Source of the DNA: an uncultured Gemmatimonadaceae bacterium
GTDB lineage: Bacteria > Gemmatimonadota > Gemmatimonadetes > Gemmatimonadales > Gemmatimonadaceae
Length of the DNA stretch: 64,000 nt
Reading direction: 5' to 3'
Assembly: GCA_963829055.1 (NCBI GenBank)
Contig: CAWHHI010000011.1
Span: 96,001 to 160,000 of the forward strand
Under the pieces are notes generated by a model. That model was not told where the DNA came from and searched no databases. It saw only the letters and a program-made list of their open reading frames with translations. Each line of letters starts with the position of its first letter. Position 1 is the first letter of the stretch. A program made the translations under genes and the position numbers. Of the stretch, positions 34,937 through 42,242 are shown one piece after another.

Positions 34937-36013
34937 TTACCGTCCTGCCGTTGCGCGACCGGCACGGCGGGAACTGGGAACCGGGAACTGGGAACCGGGC
35001 GCTGCTTGCTGCACGCCGCGTGCAGCCTCCTGTTCCCTGTTCCCCGTTCCCGGTTCCCCCCGTCGCGTTTCCAGATAGTCGACGAAATCGAGCCACGGAT
35101 CAAACCCCACGACGTTCACGGCATCCGCCACGAAATTCGACAGCGCGTTCACATCGTAGTAGTAGTGCTTCCCATCGCGGTCATCGACGAGGTATTCGAT
35201 GCCACCGATATCGAGCTTCGCCGCCTGCGCGATACGCTCCACCTCCGCGATGATCTCGGCCGACGGCGTCGTGCCCTCCACGCGCAGGCCCGTCTTCGGG
35301 GCGTCGATCGCGCAGGCGCCACGCACGAGCTCCACGCCGTTCGTCGTCTGACACGCGTCCGCCGGGCAGAGGTCGAACGAGCCGACCGCCGGGAACACGT
35401 TGATCGCGTACAGGTACCGGCCGCCTAACGTCTCAACGCGCGTGATGTGACCGTTGCGCAGCGGTGCCGACTCCTGCACCAGCGCTGTGCCGTCCACGCC
35501 GAGTGTCACACGGCCCGCTTCGACTTCCGCCGCGAGCGCTTCGGGGGTGTCGTATCGCACGATGCCGGCGCCGCTGCCGCCGACGTTCGCCTTCACGAGC
35601 ACCGGGAACCGCAGCTGGCTCGCCGCCGCCGGCGCCTGCGCCGCGTCGTTGATCACGATCGAGCGTGGATACGGAAGCCCGAGCTCCGTGAGCAGATCGA
35701 GCTGCGTCGCCTTCGAGATCTCGAGGCCGTAGACGTGCGAGCCATTCACGACGGGCACGCCGAGTCGCTCGAGATGCCGCAGCAGATGGAGCGTGTAGAA
35801 CGTCGTCTGACCGTGCGCGCGCAGGTACGCCGACGGGCTCGCGCGATTCACGACGAGCGAGTACGGCGCTTCGCGTTCTGACGGATCGAACTGATGCGAC
35901 GCAGCGTCGAGTCTGACGTATGGAATCCCGCGCCGTTCGAGCTCGGCAAATAGTGGGCGGAACCAGTCTGGGTGTTCGTGGAAAATGCCGATGGGAAGTG
36001 CAGCCGTGGACAT
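34937..36013 (-). CDS. ATP-grasp (RimK/glutathione synthetase-like) protein
   Basis: VVNGS..EISK, PVLVKANVGGSGAG, LVQE, GIEYL, DVNALSN; Cys-rich insert FDLCPADAC. Confidence 0.82.
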   Translation of the reverse strand: MSTAALPIGIFHEHPDWFRPLFAELERRGIPYVRLDAASHQFDPSEREAPYSLVVNRASPSAYLRAHGQTTFYTLHLLRHLERLGVPVVNGSHVYGLEISKATQLDLLTELGLPYPRSIVINDAAQAPAAASQLRFPVLVKANVGGSGAGIVRYDTPEALAAEVEAGRVTLGVDGTALVQESAPLRNGHITRVETLGGRYLYAINVFPAVGSFDLCPADACQTTNGVELVRGACAIDAPKTGLRVEGTTPSAEIIAEVERIAQAAKLDIGGIEYLVDDRDGKHYYYDVNALSNFVADAVNVVGFDPWLDFVDYLETRRGEPGTGNREQEAARGVQQAAPGSQFPVPSSRRAGRATAGR

Positions 36014-36017
36014 GATA

Positions 36018-36602
36018 TCAACGCTCCGCGAGAGTAGGCGACGACGTCGCCGCCTGGTGAGGCTGGTGAATGCGCGCACTGAGGGTGATCGCCTCGGACG
36101 CCGCTACGTCTATCCGGGCAAGCAGGGATTGGTTCGGCACCCCATTCTCGAACGCCGAGTCGGTGCCGTAGATGGCGGTGGGCGTGATGACCGCGCCGAC
36201 GCTGGCGAACAGCGGACGCAGTCCGTGATCGATCACGAGTTGATGAGCCGGCGACCCGCCCGTGGCGATCGCGATCCCGGTCTTATCGACGAGCCCGTTG
36301 AGCGGCAGCAGGTCGAAGAAGACCTTGAGCAGCCCGCTGTACGTCGCGCGGTACACGGGCGTGCTCGCGACGACGATCGTCGCATCAGCAACTCGTGCAA
36401 GGGCTTCGTCGACCTCGCTGGAGCGACGCCGGCCGAGCAGCGCGTCGGCTGGCAGCGCGGCGAGGTCGACGAGAGCGGTCGTCGCGCCACGCTCGACGAG
36501 CGAGGCCAGCGTCCGCTCGAGGAGCGCACGCGATTTCGAGCGCGCCGCCGGGCTGCCCGAGATACCAATGGCGTTGATAGTTGTGGCGTTCATGAGTCCC
36601 AT
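36018..36602 (-). CDS. NADPH-dependent FMN reductase (SsuE-like)
   Basis: ISGSPAARSKS, STPVYRATYSGLLKVFFDLLP, ATGGSPAH; GGAGG RBS. Confidence 0.9.
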   Translation of the reverse strand: MGLMNATTINAIGISGSPAARSKSRALLERTLASLVERGATTALVDLAALPADALLGRRRSSEVDEALARVADATIVVASTPVYRATYSGLLKVFFDLLPLNGLVDKTGIAIATGGSPAHQLVIDHGLRPLFASVGAVITPTAIYGTDSAFENGVPNQSLLARIDVAASEAITLSARIHQPHQAATSSPTLAER

Positions 36603-36691
36603 GCGTGCCTCCACTAGCGCCGCCGGGCGTCACGCGAATGAACCGCGATCGAAATCCGGTCGATCGCGGATGCGATCGCGTACGACACCGG

Positions 36692-36730
36692 AAAACGAAA
36701 AACGCCCGGGCTTGATGGGGCCGCCGGGCG
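36692..36730 (-). terminator. Intrinsic terminator in the leader of the sulfur operon (attenuator candidate)
   Basis: Minus strand CGCCCGG-loop-CCGGGCG-TTTTTCGTTTT, ~90 nt upstream of the FMN reductase start. Confidence 0.75.
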
Positions 36731-36739
36731 CGTCGCGTT

Positions 36740-36784
36740 TTAGCACATTGTTTTACGTGGCGGCAATAGGCGGCAAATCACCAC
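36740..36784 (-). CDS. Putative leader peptide (M/V)VICRLLPPRKTMC
   Basis: GTG-start 14-codon ORF ending ATG TGC TAA, 9 nt before the terminator stem. Confidence 0.45.
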   Translation of the reverse strand: MVICRLLPPRKTMC

Positions 36785-36806
36785 GAGCGCTTCAGTTGTG
36801 TTTGGA

Positions 36807-36835
36807 ACTCTATGACGACGTCGTCGCCGAGTCAA
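36807..36835 (-). promoter_or_regulatory. Sigma70-like promoter TTGACT-N17-TAGAGT
   Basis: Near-consensus -35/-10 with 17-nt spacer; the spacer holds the palindrome GACGACGTCGTC. Confidence 0.65.
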
Positions 36836-36890
36836 GCGCGCGGTGCGGTAGCGAAATTGTCTCGAATATGTGTGGGGGCCGCGCGCGTAA

Positions 36891-37145
36891 GCATCAAGAA
36901 CCCAGAGTGGGAACGGATGCCGCGGAAACAACTGATGGACTTTGCTGACCAGACGGATCGTTGCACCGAAAGCGCAAACAGAAGCAACGGAAAGAAAAAG
37001 AACAGACCTCGAGACGCCGTCGGCGGAACTCGAGGTCTGTTTATGACCGCCGAACCCACTTCATTCACCGCGATGATCTCCGACACCGCACCGGAGTCAA
37101 TCAGTCGTTTCCGAAGAATCCGTTCCCACTCTGGGTTCTTGATGC
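36891..37145. mobile_element. 255-bp MITE-like element with perfect 28-bp terminal inverted repeats
   Basis: GCATCAAGAACCCAGAGTGGGAACGGAT (36891-36918) / ATCCGTTCCCACTCTGGGTTCTTGATGC (37118-37145); internal hairpin ACAGACCTCGAG..CTCGAGGTCTGT. Confidence 0.6.
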
Positions 37146-37174
37146 CTGCCGGAGCCTGCGAGCAGCCCGCAGCC

Positions 37175-37948
37175 TCAAGCCGGCGGCTTACCGAGATTCG
37201 TTAGGCGCTGCTTCACCCGCGGGTCGTTAGGCCGCTTCGTCAGCGCCGCCTGATACCGCGCGATCGCCTTCTCCTTGTCGCCCTTCTTCTCGTAGATGTC
37301 GCCGAGCTGGAAGTCGATGTCCGCCGAGTTCGCGTTGAACTCCTGATTCATCAACAACAGCGAGATGGCCGCATCCGCCTTCCCACGCTCCGCGAGCGAG
37401 CGCGAGACCGAGTTCACCGGACCTTCCGTGAAATCGTACCGCCCGTTGCCCATGTTCTCGCGCAGCTTCCGGTAGCGCGCAATGGCGGAGTCGGGCCCGA
37501 ACTTGTCCACCGCGTCCGCGATCACCGTCTCGATCGTGCCCGGAATCGGCGACCCGCGATGGCATGTCACACACTGGATGTTCACGCCCTCGTGCCGCTG
37601 CGGCAGCGACGCCAGCGTGATGCGGTTCAGCGTGTCGACCATCGCCAGCATGAAACGCGCTTTCTGCTTCTCGATCTTGTCGTCGAGCGCCGGACGCATA
37701 CGCGGCCGGCCACCCGGCTGGGCGGCGGGCTCCTCGACATGACAGTACGCGCAGTTCACGCCGAGCGCATACGTGAACCCACGCATGTACGTGAGCAGCG
37801 TGTCCCGCGGAATGTCCTTCGGGAAGAACTTGAGGTTCTCGGGCGGCGGCGGTTGCTGCCCGCCGCCCTGCGCGAGGGCGGGCACCGAGGCGGACACGAG
37901 CGCGGCTGCGGCGAGTAGTGATCGACGGACGACGAGACGGACCACCAT
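37175..37948 (-). CDS. Diheme c-type cytochrome with C-terminal TPR
   Basis: Signal peptide, CAYCH and CVTCH heme motifs, ENLKFFP..MRGFTYALGV, TPR-like C-terminus. Confidence 0.88.
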   Translation of the reverse strand: MVVRLVVRRSLLAAAALVSASVPALAQGGGQQPPPPENLKFFPKDIPRDTLLTYMRGFTYALGVNCAYCHVEEPAAQPGGRPRMRPALDDKIEKQKARFMLAMVDTLNRITLASLPQRHEGVNIQCVTCHRGSPIPGTIETVIADAVDKFGPDSAIARYRKLRENMGNGRYDFTEGPVNSVSRSLAERGKADAAISLLLMNQEFNANSADIDFQLGDIYEKKGDKEKAIARYQAALTKRPNDPRVKQRLTNLGKPPA

Positions 37949-38105
37949 GAGAGACGACTCCTGGGTGCTGTCAGAAGAACTGGGACGAATCATTGCGGCA
38001 GGCATGATGGCGGCTGGCCCGGTCCTCGGCTAGATCGCGCCGACAGCCTTGCGGCGACGGGTAAGACGCGGGTGACGGCTCGACGTGGGCTCGGGCGCGC
38101 CACCT

Positions 38106-38748
38106 TCAGCGACGCATGAGCCGGAACGCGATGTTGCGCCCCATGCCACCGATCGCCATCGAGATCCACAGGATCGCGAGATGCTCGAGCTCCCGTGCGC
38201 GAATCAACGCGCCGGCGTCCACCGCATCGAAGCCGAGATCCGTCGCGAGCTGCGCCGTCTGTCGCTTGGCGCCCGCGTCGTCACCGGCATAGAACATCAC
38301 GCTGGGCACCCCGTCGTACACGGGATCGCGCATGTTCTCATAGCCGGTGGTGTTGAACGCCTTCACCACCTTCGCGTGCGGCACGAGTGCCTGAAGCTGC
38401 TCGGCGCCCGACGCTCCACCCTCGCCAGCGAGAAGCGTTAGGCCGCGGCCGATCGGGTTCGTCGCATCGATCAGCGTCACCCCGTCGAACGCCCCCGAGG
38501 CGGCGCCGGCGGCGAGCAACGCGTCGCGTGCCGCGTCCCAGGGCGTCGCGAGTACGACGACGTCCGCACCGCGCACGGACTCACTCAGCGGGGCCACTCG
38601 CACATTCGACGGGAGCGTCGTCGCTCCCTTTCACGTCGCCGCCGTCAGCGCCACGTCTCGAACCGAACGTCACATCGTGCCCGGCTGCGGCCCACCGCCT
38701 GCCGAGCGTCCCGCCGACGTTCCCGGCCCCGATCATCGTAATACGCAT
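38106..38748 (-). CDS. NADPH-dependent F420 reductase / NADP oxidoreductase family, frameshift near 38600
   Basis: IGAGNVGGTLG, IDATNP, SGAE, VVKAFNT. Confidence 0.88.
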
Positions 38749-38899
38749 AGTTCGCCGGACTCGTAGGGGTGCACACGGGTAGGCTAGCTGGGAGGCTAGC
38801 CGGCCATTGTCGCACTGGCAGGGCCCATCATACCACTCTACATTGGCGCTTGCCACGCTGATACCTCCCCGCGGTACGGTCCGCCCCTTCGGAGGCGCG

Positions 38900-41800
38900 T
38901 TGGAAGCTGCCAGACACCCAGGCTCCATTATCGCCAGTCGCTATACGTTAGAGCGCGAGCTCGGACGTGGCGGGATGGCAACGGTGTACCTCGCCCGCGA
39001 CAGCCGACACGACTCGCTCGTCGCGATCAAGATTCTGCATCCCGAATTCGCACCGTTGTTCGGCGGCGAGCGGTTCGCGCGCGAGATCCGCATCACGGCC
39101 GGACTGCAACACCCGAACGTCGTGCCGGTGCTCGACTCGGGGGACGCCGACGGCCTGCCCTTCTACGCCATGCCATTCGTCGACGGCGAGTCGCTGGCGA
39201 CGCGGTTACAGCGAGAGCATCAGCTCCCGATCAACGACGCGCTCGGCATTGCGGCTGAGGTCGCCGATGCGCTCGCCTACGCGCACGATCGCGGCTTCGT
39301 GCACCGCGACATCAAACCGCAGAACATCCTGCTGTCGAACGGCCACGCCGTGCTCGCGGACTTCGGCATCGCGCGCGCCATGGACGTCGCCAGCGGCGAG
39401 AACATCACCGAGTCGGGTGTCGCACTCGGTACGGCAATGTACATGAGCCCCGAACAGGGTTCGGGCGGAAAGGTCGACGGACGGAGCGACATCTACGCAC
39501 TCGGCTGCGTGTTGTACGAGATGCTGGCCGGCTCGGCGCCGTTCACGGGACCGACGTTGCAGACGGTGCTGGCGCGACACGCCGTCGATCCAGTGCCGCC
39601 GATCCGCACCGTTAGGCAGACGGTCGGTCCGGCGCTGGAGGAGCTGCTCGCGAGAACGCTGGCCAAAGTTCCCGCGGACCGCTTCTCGACGGCCCACGAG
39701 CTCAGGACCGCGATTGCCGGAGCAACCGCCGAGCAGGCGACGCTGCCGACGACGGCCGCCAGACGTGCATCGCCAACGCGCACGAACCGGCGGACCGCGA
39801 TCATGGCGGCGGTCGGCCTGGCAGTCGCGGCGATAGGCGTCTTGTCCTGGCGAGCGATCAGACCCGGCGCTGATGCTCTGGACCAGAATCGCATCGCGGT
39901 CTTTCCGCTGAGCCTACCCGCCGGATACACCGGCACCCGATCGTTAGGCGAGGACATCGCGACAATGATCGGCCATGCACTCGACGGAACCGGTCCGCTG
40001 CGCGCGGTGGATGGCTGGCGTCTGCTCGAGTCGCAGCCCGCCGCAGAACGCGTCTCGCCGGCGAACACTGTGCTGCGCACGCTCGCGCGCGAGCGTGGCT
40101 GCGCGTTCTACCTCGCGGGTAGCTTCGTTCAGCCCCCCGGTGATTCGCTGCGAGTGGTGCTTCGGCTGGTGGACGTGGCGAACGATTCGCTTGTGAAGAA
40201 GACGGAGGCGGTCGGCATTGCGGCGGATCCGTGGCGCGTCGGCGTTCGCGCCCTCAATCAGGTGCTGCCCACTCTCATACCCGCTGGCGCTGAGCGTGAG
40301 CTGGTCGCCGGTTGGCTCGACCGCGATCCTCAGGTGATCGCGACCTTCCTCCTTGGCGAGGCGGCGTTCCGTCGCGCGCGTCCAGCGGAAGCACTCGCGC
40401 GTTACCGCGATGCGCTGCGTTCCGACTCTACGTTCACGCTCGCGGCCGTGCGGGGCGCGCAAGCAGCAACGTGGGACCATCGACCGAGTGAGGCCGCGTC
40501 GCTGATCCAGGCGGCACTCGCGCAGCCCATGACTCCGCGTTATGCACACTTCGCTCGCGGCTACGCGGCGTACCTCCAGGGCAACGCCGACTCGGCCACC
40601 GCCGAGTTCCACGAGGTGCTGAAGGTCGATCCCGACATGGCGACGGCGTGGATGCAGCTCGGCGAGACGTACACGCATCTGCTGCCCGTGTCGGGCGACC
40701 CGACGCTCGCGGCGGACAGCGCATTCGCCGAGGCCATGCGCCTCGACCCGTCGGCGTCGCACATGTTGTTTCATCCGATCGAGATTCGGCTGCGCCGCGG
40801 CCAGACGCCCGAGGCCGCGCCGCTCATTCGCCAGTTCCTCGCTGCGGACCCCGACTCGACGCTCGCCGAGCAGATCCGGGTCATGGATGCGTGCGTGTCG
40901 CGTGGCCCCGAAAGCGTGGATTGGGCGAAAGCGATTGCCACTCGCCCGATGGCGGTGTTGTTCGCCGCACAGTCGCTCGCGGTGGCCGGCGCCCAGTTGC
41001 CGTGCGCAGCCGCCGCGTACACGGCCATTCGCGTCCACGAGACACCGGCGATGGCCGCCGCGGACCCGGTCGTCGACACGCGGCGCTGGACTGCGCTCGT
41101 GGGGCTGCAGGGCGTCCTGCTGGCTGAAGGACTCGCGGAACAAGCGGGTCTTCACGTCGACTCGGCGGTCGCACGCGGCGAGGGTGGCCATTCGGTGATG
41201 CTCATCGACGGTGCACTGTCGCCGGCTTTCGAGGCGCGTGCCGCGCAGGCGATGCGGAAATACGAGGCGCAGTGGGGACCGCGCTGCGAGCGCTGCACGT
41301 CCAACGACCGACTCTGGCAGCTCGGCGTCTGGGCGGGGCAGCAGCGAGACACCGCGTCGCTGCGCGCGTTGTCTGCCGCACTCAAGACGCGCGCGGATTC
41401 CACCGGAGCGCGGGGGGTGGCGCTCATGGCGCAAGCCACCGCGGCGCGTGCAGCACTCGCGCGCGGGGAGCTCGCGCCCGCAACGACGGCGCTCGAGGCC
41501 GTGCTGGCAACGCCCGTCGCGAGCGGCGGGGAACTATTATGGCGCGACGCGGAGGGCCGCGGCCCAGAGCGGCTGGCACTGGCGCGTGGGCTCATGCGGC
41601 AACGGCAGTTCAGACGCGCGATCGACGTTGCCGACGTGTTCGATTCGCCGGCGACGCAGACCTACGTCGCCTATCTCCCGGCCAGCCTCGAGCTGCGAGC
41701 TGCGGCTGCGGACTCGCTGGGAGACGCCTCGATCGTACCTCGCTATCGCGCGCGGATCGCGTCGCTCCGGGCGCTGGCGTCGGAAGCACCTCGGCCATAG
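38900..41800 (+). CDS. Membrane Ser/Thr kinase with C-terminal TPR-like region
   Basis: GRGGMATVY, VAIK, HRDIKPQN, DFG, MSPEQ; TM-like AIMAAVGLAVAAIGVLSW; TPR-like helices; TTG start after GGAGG. Confidence 0.92.
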   Translation: MEAARHPGSIIASRYTLERELGRGGMATVYLARDSRHDSLVAIKILHPEFAPLFGGERFAREIRITAGLQHPNVVPVLDSGDADGLPFYAMPFVDGESLATRLQREHQLPINDALGIAAEVADALAYAHDRGFVHRDIKPQNILLSNGHAVLADFGIARAMDVASGENITESGVALGTAMYMSPEQGSGGKVDGRSDIYALGCVLYEMLAGSAPFTGPTLQTVLARHAVDPVPPIRTVRQTVGPALEELLARTLAKVPADRFSTAHELRTAIAGATAEQATLPTTAARRASPTRTNRRTAIMAAVGLAVAAIGVLSWRAIRPGADALDQNRIAVFPLSLPAGYTGTRSLGEDIATMIGHALDGTGPLRAVDGWRLLESQPAAERVSPANTVLRTLARERGCAFYLAGSFVQPPGDSLRVVLRLVDVANDSLVKKTEAVGIAADPWRVGVRALNQVLPTLIPAGAERELVAGWLDRDPQVIATFLLGEAAFRRARPAEALARYRDALRSDSTFTLAAVRGAQAATWDHRPSEAASLIQAALAQPMTPRYAHFARGYAAYLQGNADSATAEFHEVLKVDPDMATAWMQLGETYTHLLPVSGDPTLAADSAFAEAMRLDPSASHMLFHPIEIRLRRGQTPEAAPLIRQFLAADPDSTLAEQIRVMDACVSRGPESVDWAKAIATRPMAVLFAAQSLAVAGAQLPCAAAAYTAIRVHETPAMAAADPVVDTRRWTALVGLQGVLLAEGLAEQAGLHVDSAVARGEGGHSVMLIDGALSPAFEARAAQAMRKYEAQWGPRCERCTSNDRLWQLGVWAGQQRDTASLRALSAALKTRADSTGARGVALMAQATAARAALARGELAPATTALEAVLATPVASGGELLWRDAEGRGPERLALARGLMRQRQFRRAIDVADVFDSPATQTYVAYLPASLELRAAAADSLGDASIVPRYRARIASLRALASEAPRP

Positions 41801-41868
41801 GAATCGCAGTCAGTACAGGAGTTGGTGGGCAGTAGCGAATGCAGGTTTCCATTCCTCGTGAGGAACAC

Positions 41869-42162
41869 ATGATCGATCCACAACAGGACCCGTTAGGCAC
41901 TGCGGCAAGCACACGCGAAGGACCGTCCGCACCACCGGCCAAGGGCGGCGATGGCCGCGAAGGCCCGTCCGCGCCGCCGATCGGCGGCGGCGAGGGACGC
42001 GAGGGGCCGTCCGCACCGCCGCTCAAGGGCGGGGAGGGACGCGAAGGCCCGTCCGCACCACCACTCAAGGGCGGCGAGGGGCGCGAGGGCCCATCGGCCC
42101 CGCCCATCGGCGGTGGTGAAGGACGTGGCGGGCCGCCGTCGCCGCCGCCGCGCACCACCTAA
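41869..42162 (+). CDS. 97-aa tandem-repeat protein, 5.5 x REGPSAPPxxGG(D/E)G; candidate multi-peptide precursor
   Basis: GAGGA RBS before ATG; 42-bp units from 41914 differ mostly at synonymous third positions in this frame. Confidence 0.85.
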   Translation: MIDPQQDPLGTAASTREGPSAPPAKGGDGREGPSAPPIGGGEGREGPSAPPLKGGEGREGPSAPPLKGGEGREGPSAPPIGGGEGRGGPPSPPPRTT

Positions 42163-42242
42163 CGCACGGATTCCCGGGTTGCTCGCGTCGCACCACGTGC
42201 GGCGACGCGAGCGCCCCTGCCACTCATCGACCACTCCGTCCC

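Noticed and set aside
33884..36800. Graspetide RiPP cluster or SAM riboswitch
   Set aside because: No precursor with Thr/Ser/Lys and Asp/Glu core motifs; the leader lacks recognisable SAM-I elements
41610..42158. Minus-strand 182-aa repeat ORF (GGADGPSRPSPP)
   Set aside because: Antisense shadow; the RBS, operon orientation and synonymous pattern support the + strand ORF
41914..42159. CRISPR array or non-coding VNTR
   Set aside because: Units are contiguous with no unique spacers, there are no cas genes, and variation is synonymous in one frame
41869..42162. Amyloid signalling motif linking NLR and caspase
   Set aside because: The Pro/Gly/charged composition is unfavourable for cross-beta amyloid, and there is no Q/N or hydrophobic patterning
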